DNA of 64,000 nt from Candidatus Fermentimicrarchaeum limneticum (GTDB taxonomy: Archaea > Micrarchaeota > Micrarchaeia > Burarchaeales > Fermentimicrarchaeaceae), in NCBI GenBank assembly GCA_013426015.1, contig CP058998.1, positions 794,758 to 858,757 of the forward strand, read 5' to 3'. The position numbers were made by a program, and so were the translations under genes. Positions 37,336 through 46,628 of the stretch are shown piece by piece. Positions within the stretch are counted from its first letter, which is position 1, and each line of letters begins with the position of its first letter. Under the pieces are notes generated by a model. That model made no database searches. It was not told the origin of the DNA and saw only the letters and a list, made by a program, of their open reading frames with translations.

Positions 37336-38523
37336 TTATTTTGTGAGGAAATAGCCTGCAGTGAAACAGTCTCCCAATCCAACAGTCATCCTCGGTTCGC
37401 CTATGTCCAGAGCAGGAGCAAGGTAGGCATTGTTCCTGAATTCTATCTTCCTGAATCGCTCGTGCTGTTTGGCTCCCTCCCTATTCACCATTATTCTTTT
37501 GGAGAATCTTTCCAGCTCCTTGAAGGATGCATCTCTGCCAGTTGCGGCCCTGTGAGCTGCAAGCAGAGAACCGAACAGCAGGGGGTCCGGGCAGCCCTCC
37601 TTCTTCTCGACGGAGAATGAGAATGAGTTGCAGTGGAATACTGCAGTGCAGAACATGTCACAAATCCTGTCGCATGCCTCCCAGATGTTGCATTTCATTT
37701 TTAGAACCTTCTTCATCTGTTCCAATTCGCCCTCGTTGAACCCGACGCTGTCGCATATCGGGAGGATTCTGCGTGTCAATTCCTTGAGAACCCGCGGATG
37801 TTGGAAGTCTCCCAGTTCGACATGTATTTTTAGATTGGGATTGACTCCCTTCAGCTCCTCAATGTGCTTTCGGACGTTTCCCAGTCTTTCCGCAAAATCA
37901 TTTCCAATGGTGGGGTTGTGGAATCCGGCTATGACAGCTTTGTCAACTTTTCTGATTACTCCTGGGATAAGCCTTCTGAACTCGTCATCGATTTCCAATA
38001 CCGCGCAGGGGGGGTTGAAGGATGCAATCAGCCTGTTTGAAGCCGGTGCTTTCACGTTCTGGAAGCAGTAGCCTTTCCTGAACTCCATAACAAGATGGAC
38101 AGGCACGTCACACTTTCTATGGACTTGCCGAGGGTTTTTGAAGCTCCCGTCTGCGATGAAGATGTTTTCTGGATGCTCGAAAAGGCTCATTTGCTCTCTG
38201 CACTTTGACGGAACATGGGCGTAGCAGTGCACCCCGAGCGAGGAGGCAACATTGCTCATGTTCCCCGCCTGCCCGCCCATCCTCAACTCGTCATATCCCC
38301 CATCCATAAGGAGGTTCAGTGTTTTTTCATCTATCATTACCTCGCTCTGCTCGCCGTTCCTGACGGATTCCTTAAGCAAATTCGATATTCTTTTTGGGAA
38401 CCGCTCTCCGCCTCTCAGATGCTTGACCGCATCTATGTTGACGTTGTAGGCAAAAAGAGCATTTCCAGCAATATTCCTCTCTGCGTATAGCAACGCGTTC
38501 CGGTAAGAGGATTTCCACTCCAT
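37336..38523 (-). CDS. ADP-dependent sugar kinase (ADP-glucokinase/phosphofructokinase family)
   Basis: NEGE motif in DSVGFNEGELE and the C-terminal TVGLGDCFTAGY (GxGD of the ribokinase-like fold). Confidence 0.7.
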   Translation of the reverse strand: MEWKSSYRNALLYAERNIAGNALFAYNVNIDAVKHLRGGERFPKRISNLLKESVRNGEQSEVMIDEKTLNLLMDGGYDELRMGGQAGNMSNVASSLGVHCYAHVPSKCREQMSLFEHPENIFIADGSFKNPRQVHRKCDVPVHLVMEFRKGYCFQNVKAPASNRLIASFNPPCAVLEIDDEFRRLIPGVIRKVDKAVIAGFHNPTIGNDFAERLGNVRKHIEELKGVNPNLKIHVELGDFQHPRVLKELTRRILPICDSVGFNEGELEQMKKVLKMKCNIWEACDRICDMFCTAVFHCNSFSFSVEKKEGCPDPLLFGSLLAAHRAATGRDASFKELERFSKRIMVNREGAKQHERFRKIEFRNNAYLAPALDIGEPRMTVGLGDCFTAGYFLTK

Positions 38524-38526
38524 AAG

Positions 38527-39420
38527 CTATTGTTTGGGAATTCGGTTCTTAAAAATGTAGCCTAGGAACTTGTAGGCGAGCCTCGCTGCAAGGAAATCGG
38601 ATGTGATGTCGCCATCTATCGGGCAGAGCTCCACCACGTCAAACCCGACGACATTCCTGCTGGATGCGACTTCCTTCAGAATTGCGAGGACATCGTACCA
38701 GTGCAAGCCACCAGGCTCTGGTGTGCCGACTGCCGGAACTTCGGATGGGTCGAACACGTCCAAATCAATTGTCACATAAACATTCCTCTTCAGGCTTGAG
38801 ACTATGAATTTCGGCTTGAGGGAATCCCTTGCATGGAAAAGCTTCAGTTTCTTCTTCTTTGCGAACTCCGCTTCCTCCGCGCACATGCTTCTTATCCCCA
38901 CCTGAACGGTGTCGCAAAACTCGGAGATTCTCCTCATCACGGAAGTGTGGCCGAACTTTGTTCCTTCAAACTCGTCCCTCAGATCTGAATGGGCGTCAAG
39001 CTGCAAGACAGTTAAATCTTTGTATAATTTCGAAACTGCCCTCACCGCGCCAACTGATATGGAATGCTCCCCTCCCAGCATGAGGGGGAATTTCTTCTTC
39101 TCAAGTATCTCCGCAACTGCGCTCTCCACCCTCTTTATAGTTTCTCTTGGAGAGTCCCTTGACGGCTCCAGCTCATCAAGCGTGTGTATCCCTACGCTGG
39201 CAGGCTCGAAGCCCAGTTCCTCATCGTACAACTCCATGTTCCTTGAAGCGTTTATTATCGCATGCGGTCCATTCCTCGCCCCTGTTCTATAGCAGACTGT
39301 GGAGTCGTAGGGAACAGGAAGGACGACCACCCTTGCTTTTTCAAATGAGGTCAGCTCGGGCTCAAGTCCCACAAAGTTGTATGGCGGGAGTGAATGCAGC
39401 AACCTCATATAATCACTCAA
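38527..39420 (-). CDS. speB: agmatinase (ureohydrolase family)
   Basis: LQLDAHSDL and TIDLDVFDPSEVPAVGTPEPGG Mn-binding motifs. The adjacent deoxyhypusine synthase is the classic archaeal pairing. Confidence 0.8.
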   Translation of the reverse strand: MSDYMRLLHSLPPYNFVGLEPELTSFEKARVVVLPVPYDSTVCYRTGARNGPHAIINASRNMELYDEELGFEPASVGIHTLDELEPSRDSPRETIKRVESAVAEILEKKKFPLMLGGEHSISVGAVRAVSKLYKDLTVLQLDAHSDLRDEFEGTKFGHTSVMRRISEFCDTVQVGIRSMCAEEAEFAKKKKLKLFHARDSLKPKFIVSSLKRNVYVTIDLDVFDPSEVPAVGTPEPGGLHWYDVLAILKEVASSRNVVGFDVVELCPIDGDITSDFLAARLAYKFLGYIFKNRIPKQ

Positions 39421-40486
39421 ACTTCAGTTCAAATGAGTCGTCCTGCCACCTGAAATTCGGCTTCTTCCTCGCCTTGGCAATTTTTTCTGCCCTCTGCATG
39501 AGTGCATGCACGACTATTGGCAGCCCTATCGTTGCATCGCAGTAGCACGTCACCATGGTTGCATTTGCATCGTACTTGCCCCAGCTCTGCGACTCCTCGA
39601 GCGTGCAGCCACTCAACCCGCCCCACTGCGGGGAGTCCATCGTTATCTGCAACCCGTAGTCATGGCTCCTGTCATGCCTTGTTTGGTAGCTTGCGATAAC
39701 GGCGCTCTGCTGTATGTAGTTCTTCGGGACCCCTCCGCCTATGTACACTCCGGCGGTTTTAACCGGCTTCTCGCATATGCGGGATATCTCGTCTACATCC
39801 TTAATGCAGTCAATTATTATGTGCTTCCGCACTTTTCCAGTTTCCATCTGCTTTTTGGTCGGCTTTCTGTTTGAGAACATTATCGAGAAGCCCAAGGAGC
39901 TGTCGCCTATCGCGGGGCAGAATATGGGAACACCCATCCTGTATGCGCTGACGAGAATTGAGTTCTTCGCCGTCTTCCTCTCGCTAAGCTTCTTGCCAAG
40001 AAGTTCGAGTATCTCTCTGGAGGAGTAGGGATAGCCATCCTTCAGCGTCTGCGCAAATTTTTTGTCAATCCATGTATCGGTTTTGTAAAAACCCTTCTCG
40101 CTTGCGAATACGTCGTATATCCTATCAACGTAGTGCTTGCGCAGAACCAGATCATTGGAATTCTGCGTCCCCAGGTAGTGCTTCCTGCCCAGTGCCTCGT
40201 GGCAGTCATGGTAGAGGTTTGCTCCGCTTGATACCAGGACGTCAATCATCCTCTGTCTTATGAGGTAGGATATCACATTGCGCATTCCAGCCGGCACCAT
40301 CGCACCGGAAAGCCCCATGAAGATGATTATCCTGTCTTCTTTCAGCATGTTGGTCCATGCGTTTGCTAGCTCGCCGAGCTTCCTGCCTTGGAAGCCGATG
40401 TACCGCATCTCGTCAAGCAGCTCGCCCACGTCCTTGTTAAGGACTTTTAATGGGCTGGTCGGGGTTTTCAGGAATTTGTTTTTCAT
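39413..40486 (-). CDS. dys: deoxyhypusine synthase
   Basis: About 350 aa with the conserved ...FMGLSGAMVPAGMR...VSSGANLYHD... signature of deoxyhypusine synthase. Confidence 0.85.
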   Translation of the reverse strand: MKNKFLKTPTSPLKVLNKDVGELLDEMRYIGFQGRKLGELANAWTNMLKEDRIIIFMGLSGAMVPAGMRNVISYLIRQRMIDVLVSSGANLYHDCHEALGRKHYLGTQNSNDLVLRKHYVDRIYDVFASEKGFYKTDTWIDKKFAQTLKDGYPYSSREILELLGKKLSERKTAKNSILVSAYRMGVPIFCPAIGDSSLGFSIMFSNRKPTKKQMETGKVRKHIIIDCIKDVDEISRICEKPVKTAGVYIGGGVPKNYIQQSAVIASYQTRHDRSHDYGLQITMDSPQWGGLSGCTLEESQSWGKYDANATMVTCYCDATIGLPIVVHALMQRAEKIAKARKKPNFRWQDDSFELKFE

Positions 40487-40571
40487 TCAATCACTTACAA
40501 AAAGCAGTATCCAAGAATTTAGCTGTCTTTCCGCATGAATTTTTTTGTAGCAAACTGTTTATAAATCTAAC

Positions 40572-41009
40572 CTAGAATTGACGCTGAAAACTCTTCACAA
40601 TCTCATCATAAACCTCCCTGTAGGGTTTCTTCAGCTTCATGGAAATTTTCCTCACGTCCTCGTATTCAGGCTTCACCCTGTTCAGACCGGGTGTTTCGGA
40701 TATTTTCACCCGCACCTTGCCGAATTTTGTTTTCACTTCCTTTATTTTCCTCTTCGCGATGTGCTTTCTGAAGATTACTTCCCTGACGCCAAGAGTTCCC
40801 GTCTCCTCCATTATGATTGCTGCAAGCCTCCGCGAGTCCTTCTTCTCGCATATTACCTGAAGCATGAAGCCTGGCCTGCCTTTCTTTGCAAATATTGGGA
40901 TGAAGCAGACGTCCTTCGCTCCTTCTGCAAGAAGCCTCTCTGCCGTGTAGCCCAGAATCTCCCCTGAGATGTCGTCAAGGTTGGTCTCAAGCATGCACTC
41001 TTCGATCAT
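40572..41009 (-). CDS. larC: LarC C-terminal module (LarC2) of the nickel-pincer cofactor nickel insertase
   Basis: Follows LarC1 after an 11-nt gap in another frame. DUF111 C-terminal-like sequence. Confidence 0.6.
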   Translation of the reverse strand: MIEECMLETNLDDISGEILGYTAERLLAEGAKDVCFIPIFAKKGRPGFMLQVICEKKDSRRLAAIIMEETGTLGVREVIFRKHIAKRKIKEVKTKFGKVRVKISETPGLNRVKPEYEDVRKISMKLKKPYREVYDEIVKSFQRQF

Positions 41010-41020
41010 TCAACCACTTT

Positions 41021-41695
41021 TCAGATAATCCTTACCCGAAGCACATTCGGCAGATGGAAGTCCATGCTCCCTCCGCCGCAGCCTTCGCGGTATCTGCCGG
41101 TATGCTTTGGCTTCTCAACCCTGTGGGCAAGGTTCACTATTATACTCGCTCCGGTCGGCGTGCACAGCTCGTGCGCTATGTCCCTCTGGTAGAAGTCGAA
41201 CTTTCTGCTCTTCAGTATCCTTATGGTGGCGGGCGCGGGTTGCTTTCCGACTGCAATCGGTGATGAGATGATGTCTGCGTCAAATGCACCGAGGCTGGTC
41301 AGACCAACCGTTGCTCCGACTATGTCTACAACCGTGTCCATGCGGCCAACCTCGTGCAGGTGAACTTCCCCGATTCCATGGACGCTTTTCTCCGCTTCAA
41401 TGATGGTTTCAAACGTATCCCAGGCAAACCTCATCTGCGGTTCGTCGAACTCAAGGATGTCAGCTGCTGAGCGGATTAGCTCCATGATCTTTAGCGGGGA
41501 GCACTTTTCGTCAGAGCTAAGTTGAAGCATCTTTGCTCTCACGCCATTCTTGGAAGTTTCTTTGAAAGAGACGTCAGCTCCCAAACTGAGCTTCAGGCTG
41601 TCTCGTATCTCTGCCTCAGCCCCTAGGTCAGCAAGGGCGCTGAGTACCATGTCCCCTGAGCAGCCCATTTCCGGAAGGAATACGAATTGTGTCAT
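41021..41695 (-). CDS. larC: LarC N-terminal module (LarC1, DUF111)
   Basis: DUF111-like N-terminal domain (MGCSGDM...HLHEVG...). Split from LarC2 as in larC genes expressed by frameshifting. Confidence 0.65.
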   Translation of the reverse strand: MTQFVFLPEMGCSGDMVLSALADLGAEAEIRDSLKLSLGADVSFKETSKNGVRAKMLQLSSDEKCSPLKIMELIRSAADILEFDEPQMRFAWDTFETIIEAEKSVHGIGEVHLHEVGRMDTVVDIVGATVGLTSLGAFDADIISSPIAVGKQPAPATIRILKSRKFDFYQRDIAHELCTPTGASIIVNLAHRVEKPKHTGRYREGCGGGSMDFHLPNVLRVRII

Positions 41696-41726
41696 GTTTT
41701 TATATTTCTCATTCAGATATTAAAAT

Positions 41727-42515
41727 ATGTTCGGTAAGGCAAGGAGGAATCTCCGCAGGTTGCTTGCTGCATTCAAGGAAAAATCCCCTGCTGTGGTCGC
41801 TCTGTCGGGTGGGGTGGACAGCAGCGTTGTGGCAAAGGCCGCCTTCCTCTCGTCAAAAAAATCAATTGCAGTGACTGTTGCGGACCCATCTGTTTCGAGA
41901 AGGGAGCTTGAGTCTGCCGTGAGGATTGCAGAGTGGATAGGTATAAAGCACAGGGTGGTGCAGAGGAAAATTTCAGCAGAAGTTAGAAGGAATGACTCCC
42001 TACGGTGTTACCACTGCAAAAGCGGCGTGATTGGCATTGCAAGGGAAGTTGCCGATGAAGAAGGGATAAACACAATCGCAGACGGCTCTAATTTTGATGA
42101 TTTGAACGATTCAAGAGCAGGCATGCGGGCATGCAGGGAGGGGGGAGTGTACTCGCCCCTTCTGGAACTGGGCTTTGGCAAAAAAGAAGTGAAGGAGCTG
42201 GCGCGGGAGATGGGATTGCCGAACTATGGGAAGACTGCCGAGGCATGCCTCTCCTCAAGGGTTATGGGATGCAGGATTGACGAGAGGACCCTGAGGAGAA
42301 TTGAGGAAGCTGAGGAATTCGTAAGAAAGCTCACCGGAGCCAGAGTTGTCAGGGTGAGGGACTATGGCGAGACTGCAAGGATAGAAGTTGACAAGCAGCA
42401 CATTGCAAACCTTGTCAAGGGGAAAAACTCGGATAGGATAAACAAAAAGTTCATTAAGCTTGGGTACCGATATGTAACTGCAGATTTGGGGGGTTATAGA
42501 GTTGGAGGATTTTAA
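41727..42515 (+). CDS. larE: LarE-like PP-loop ATP pyrophosphatase (sulfur insertion for the NPN cofactor)
   Basis: PP-loop SGGVDSS near the N-terminus and about 260 aa. Divergent from larC and contiguous with larB. Confidence 0.7.
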   Translation: MFGKARRNLRRLLAAFKEKSPAVVALSGGVDSSVVAKAAFLSSKKSIAVTVADPSVSRRELESAVRIAEWIGIKHRVVQRKISAEVRRNDSLRCYHCKSGVIGIAREVADEEGINTIADGSNFDDLNDSRAGMRACREGGVYSPLLELGFGKKEVKELAREMGLPNYGKTAEACLSSRVMGCRIDERTLRRIEEAEEFVRKLTGARVVRVRDYGETARIEVDKQHIANLVKGKNSDRINKKFIKLGYRYVTADLGGYRVGGF

Positions 42516-43248
42516 GTCCATTCTTAAAAAGGTTAGAAGCGGCAGGCTTGAGGTAAAGGAAGCTGAAAGAATGCTCAGGATTGAGGGAGTTAAGAGAATT
42601 GGGAAGTTCGCCAGAATAGACGTTGGAAGGGAAAAACGCATCGGAATTCCGGAAGTGGTACTCGCAGAGGGAAAGAGTCCTGAACAGGTTGTTAGGATAG
42701 TTGAAGGAATGGAGGGCAATATTCTGGTGAGCAGGGTGGGGGGGGAGCATCTCAAAACCCTCAGGAAAAGGTTCAGGAATGTTGATTACAACAAGTCGGC
42801 AAAGACTGCCGCGATTGTTAAAAGCAAGGTGGAGAGGAAGGGGGTTGTTGGGGTGATAACCGCGGGGACTTCGGACATAGGCGTGGCTGAGGAGGCGACT
42901 GTTGTTGCAGAGATGATGGGGTGCAAGGTGAAGAAGGCATACGATGTGGGGGTTGCCGGCATTCACAGGCTTTTCGCGCCACTGAGAGAAATGCTGGAGG
43001 AAGGTGTGGATGTAATTGTGGTCGTTGCAGGCAGGGAAGGAACCCTGCCATCAATTGTTGCGGGGATGGTCGACATTCCTGTGATTGGGGTTCCTGTTTC
43101 ATCAGGTTACGGGTTCGGCGGAAAGGGCGAGGCTGCCCTCAAGTCAATGCTGCAGAGCTGCAGCTTCCTTACGGTTGTGAATATAGATAACGGAGTGGGC
43201 GCGGGAGCATGCGCCGCACTTATAGCGAGGAGATCGGATGAAGGTTAA
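42502..43248 (+). CDS. larB: LarB-like PurE-fold carboxylase/hydrolase (NPN cofactor biosynthesis)
   Basis: C-terminal PurE-like domain (GVITAGTSDIGVAEEA...VVVAGREGTLPS) and a LarB-specific N-terminal extension. Confidence 0.7.
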   Translation: MEDFKSILKKVRSGRLEVKEAERMLRIEGVKRIGKFARIDVGREKRIGIPEVVLAEGKSPEQVVRIVEGMEGNILVSRVGGEHLKTLRKRFRNVDYNKSAKTAAIVKSKVERKGVVGVITAGTSDIGVAEEATVVAEMMGCKVKKAYDVGVAGIHRLFAPLREMLEEGVDVIVVVAGREGTLPSIVAGMVDIPVIGVPVSSGYGFGGKGEAALKSMLQSCSFLTVVNIDNGVGAGACAALIARRSDEG

Positions 43249-44095
43249 GGACCTTTGGGAACTGACCCGTTTTGAGCACTCCATCATGCTTGCCATTGCA
43301 GTAGTGGTGGGAGAGGTTACGACACTGCGCTTCCTGCCGAGTTACGACTTCCTTCTTCTGAGCGTTATTCCGCCAATGCTTGTCAGCGCTGCGAGCTTTG
43401 CGATAAACGACTATTTTGATCTGAGAAGTGACAGGATAAACAGGAGGAGGGATAGACCGCTTGTGAGCGGAAAGGTCAAGCCACAGCGCGCATATCTCCT
43501 TTCGATCGCGCTTTTCATTTCAGGAATTCTCGTATCACTTTTGATTAACCTCAACTCGTTCATTCTGGTGGTTGCATTCTCAATTCTTGCTTATCTCTAC
43601 AGCTTCAGGCTTAAGGATGTTGCGCTTTTGGGCAACATCTACATAGCAGCAACGATGGCCATTCCTTTCCTGTACGGGGGGGTGGCGGTTGCAGACGAGC
43701 TTCCTCCTGCCCTGCTGGTGCTCAGCTCCATTGCTTTTGTGAGCGGCTTGGCAAGAGAAGTGATGGGTACTATAAGGGATGTGAGAGGTGACAGGAGAGG
43801 GAGGAAGTCAAAGACGCTTCCGATGGTTATAGGTGCGAGGAATTCCCTTCTGCTGTCCTCGCTTCTCTACATCACAAGCATAGCGCTCAGCACCATACCC
43901 TACTTGTATATCCCGCCGTATGCCGGCAATATTCTTTACATCATTCCAACAGTCATTACTGATATTCTCTTGGCGTATATTGCTTTGAATTCGTTCAGGG
44001 ACACTTCGGCAGGGTTCATGAAATCAAGCAGGAATGTTAGCCTTGCTGCAATGTTCATAGCACTTCTAGGTTTTCTGGTGGCGCCTCTTGTATAA
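43238..44095 (+). CDS. UbiA-family prenyltransferase, likely digeranylgeranylglyceryl phosphate synthase
   Basis: NDYFDLRSDRINRRRDRP (NDxxDxxxD) and a second D-rich motif, with eight or nine TM helices. Overlaps the larB end by 11 nt. Confidence 0.7.
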   Translation: MKVKDLWELTRFEHSIMLAIAVVVGEVTTLRFLPSYDFLLLSVIPPMLVSAASFAINDYFDLRSDRINRRRDRPLVSGKVKPQRAYLLSIALFISGILVSLLINLNSFILVVAFSILAYLYSFRLKDVALLGNIYIAATMAIPFLYGGVAVADELPPALLVLSSIAFVSGLAREVMGTIRDVRGDRRGRKSKTLPMVIGARNSLLLSSLLYITSIALSTIPYLYIPPYAGNILYIIPTVITDILLAYIALNSFRDTSAGFMKSSRNVSLAAMFIALLGFLVAPLV

Positions 44096-44110
44096 TGCGG
44101 GAGTGATGGG

Positions 44111-45004
44111 ATGGATGTTTTGCTGAAGACTGATCTGAAGGGACTGAAGCTTTTCAGGAGAGGTAAGGTTCGGGACACTTACGAAGTCGGGGACAGGCTG
44201 CTGATGATTGCGACGGACAGGATATCCGCATTTGATGTGGTGCTGCCAAACGGCATACCGCACAAGGGGGCAGTGCTCACGCAGCTTTCTCTGTTCTGGT
44301 TTGACTGCACGAAGGACATAATGCCAAACCACGTCATAACCGCGGACGTCTCCAGATTCCCTCCGGAAGCTGCGAAATTCTCCAGTATTCTCAGGGGGAG
44401 AAGCATGCTAATCAAGAAGGCGAAGCCGCTGCCCGCGGAATTCATTGTGAGGGGTTATCTTTCAGGTTCGGGCTGGAGGGAGTATAAGGAGAAAGGAAGC
44501 ATCTGCGGGATTCGGCTGCCGAAAGGAATGCGCGAGTCGGACAGGCTCCCTGAGCCGATATTCACGCCATCCACGAAGGCTAAGGCAGGGCATGACCTGA
44601 ACATAAGTGAGAAGGAACTGGCCGAGCTTATAGGTGAGGATAGGACGGAAGAGGTGAAGGAGGCCAGCGTAGGCGTATACAAGCGCGCATCGGAGGAGGC
44701 AAGGAAGCGCGGCATAATAATCGCAGACACGAAATTCGAGTTCGGCCTGCTGGATGATGAGCTTATAGTTGTGGATGAGATGCTTACTCCTGACTCCTCA
44801 AGGTTCTGGCCGGCTGACTCATATTCTCCGGGAGGATCCCAGAAGAGCTTCGACAAGCAGTATGTGAGAGACTACCTGGAGTCGATAAAGTGGAACAAGC
44901 AGCCCCCTGCACCAAAGCTTCCTCAGGATGTGGTGGAAGGAACAAGCAGGAGGTATATTGAAGCTTACGAAATTATAACTGGGAAGAAGTTCGAGGTGGT
45001 TTGA
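44111..45004 (+). CDS. purC: SAICAR synthetase
   Basis: [26 protein letters not shown]-terminal motif and long-form PurC length. Confidence 0.85.
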   Translation: MDVLLKTDLKGLKLFRRGKVRDTYEVGDRLLMIATDRISAFDVVLPNGIPHKGAVLTQLSLFWFDCTKDIMPNHVITADVSRFPPEAAKFSSILRGRSMLIKKAKPLPAEFIVRGYLSGSGWREYKEKGSICGIRLPKGMRESDRLPEPIFTPSTKAKAGHDLNISEKELAELIGEDRTEEVKEASVGVYKRASEEARKRGIIIADTKFEFGLLDDELIVVDEMLTPDSSRFWPADSYSPGGSQKSFDKQYVRDYLESIKWNKQPPAPKLPQDVVEGTSRRYIEAYEIITGKKFEVV

Positions 45005-45438
45005 TGGTGGATGTGTTGATTATTGCTGGAGGCAGCAGCGACAAGAGGATAGCTGACGACGCGGCCGCGGTGCTGAAGGAGTTCGGAGTTGACTTTGACT
45101 TTCAGGTTGCGTCTGCGCACCGCAATCCGGAAAAGGTTGAGAGCATTGTGAAAAACACTGACGCGAAGGTCATCATAGCAATAGCAGGTCTTTCCGCTGC
45201 ACTGCCCGGCTTCATAGCGTCAAGAGTTACTCTGCCTGTTATCGGAGTTCCTGTCAACGTAAAGCTTGCGGGGCTTGACGCCCTGCTGAGCACAATGCAG
45301 ATGCCAAGCGGAGTGCCTGTCGCAGCGGTTTCAATAGACGGAGGCAAGAATGCGGCAATCCTTGCGGTGGAAATCCTCGCAACAGGCAACGCTGCATTGA
45401 GGGAGAAGCTGGCGAAGTTCAGAGGCAGTCAAAAATAG
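45001..45438 (+). CDS. purE: N5-CAIR mutase / AIR carboxylase PurE
   Basis: IIAGGSSD...AHR...GLSAALPG motifs. Start overlaps the purC stop (ATGA). Confidence 0.8.
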   Translation: MMVDVLIIAGGSSDKRIADDAAAVLKEFGVDFDFQVASAHRNPEKVESIVKNTDAKVIIAIAGLSAALPGFIASRVTLPVIGVPVNVKLAGLDALLSTMQMPSGVPVAAVSIDGGKNAAILAVEILATGNAALREKLAKFRGSQK

Positions 45439-46624
45439 CCTTTGCAATTTCTGATTTTCTTCCTTTGATTTTCCTGCAAGAACCGTCAGCTTTTATGAGC
45501 AGCACCTCATTGGACTCGCTGACAAACCCGACTCCCTTTTTGCCAACATCGTTTGCGAGTATCATGTCCGCCCTGGCTTCCTTGAGCTTCTTCACTGCAA
45601 TCTCCCTAAGCTTATCGTCATCAACTCCGCTCTCGGCCTTGAATAGAATCAGCTTCACGTCCGACTTCACCTTCTTCACTGCATCGCTTATTTTTGGAAG
45701 TGTGCGCAGCGTCAGGTGCAACTCCCCCCTTGCATGGACCTTGCCCTTTCTCCTCACAGGCGCGAAATCGGACGGCGCGCCGGCAAGGACAACAACATCA
45801 CTTTTTCGGACATTTGCGATGACTTCCTTGTACATGTCCTCCGTGGATTCGGCATATCTGCTGCGCATATAGGCTGGAATTTCAACATCGACATGACCGT
45901 GGATGAGCAACACGTCTGCGCCCCTCAGGTACGCCTCCCTCGCCGTTTCGGTTCCCATCCTTCCGCTGCTTGGATTTGATATGAAACGTATGTCATCAAT
46001 GTATTCCCGAGTTGCTCCGGCGGTGACAAGAACCTTCTTGCCACGCATGTTCTTTGTGTAAAGCATACGGATGGCTAGGGCAGCTATCCTGTCCACACTC
46101 GCCATCTTTGCCTTCCCCTCACTTGAGTCAGGATCGACGAACTCCACCCCAAGAGAGCCAAGCTTCCTGATGTTATCCTTGACAATTTTATTATCGCTTA
46201 TTGAGAGGTGCATTGCGGGTGCGAATAGTATCGGCACACCGCTTCCCAAGGCGGTCGTGAGTATTGTCGTTACCGGGTTGTCATCAATCCCATTCGCAAG
46301 CTTCCCTATGGTGCTTGCAGTTGCAGGGGCCACCACCACCAAATCGACTCTCTCCCTGTGCCTACCGCACAACTTCAGATGCTCCACGTCGCCAGTAAGC
46401 TTTGTTATGATTGGGTTGCCCGTTGCCCAGTGCATCAGTTCGGGGCGGATTATCTCCTTCGCAGCCTCACTCATGACAGGCACTACCTCAGCCCCGTGCC
46501 TCATGAGCTCCCTTGCAAGTTCAGGAGATTTGACAGCGGCAACGCTGCCGCACACACACAGGGCGATTCTCCTGCTCTCAAGCTCCCTGCCCTTAGTGCC
46601 GATTATGTTTTTTGATGAGTGCAT
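45419..46624 (-). CDS. coaBC: bifunctional phosphopantothenoylcysteine decarboxylase/synthetase
   Basis: N-terminal flavoprotein domain ([13 protein letters not shown]...) and a C-terminal DFP/CoaB domain. About 400 aa. Confidence 0.85.
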   Translation of the reverse strand: MHSSKNIIGTKGRELESRRIALCVCGSVAAVKSPELARELMRHGAEVVPVMSEAAKEIIRPELMHWATGNPIITKLTGDVEHLKLCGRHRERVDLVVVAPATASTIGKLANGIDDNPVTTILTTALGSGVPILFAPAMHLSISDNKIVKDNIRKLGSLGVEFVDPDSSEGKAKMASVDRIAALAIRMLYTKNMRGKKVLVTAGATREYIDDIRFISNPSSGRMGTETAREAYLRGADVLLIHGHVDVEIPAYMRSRYAESTEDMYKEVIANVRKSDVVVLAGAPSDFAPVRRKGKVHARGELHLTLRTLPKISDAVKKVKSDVKLILFKAESGVDDDKLREIAVKKLKEARADMILANDVGKKGVGFVSESNEVLLIKADGSCRKIKGRKSEIAKAIFDCL

Positions 46625-46628
46625 GCAT

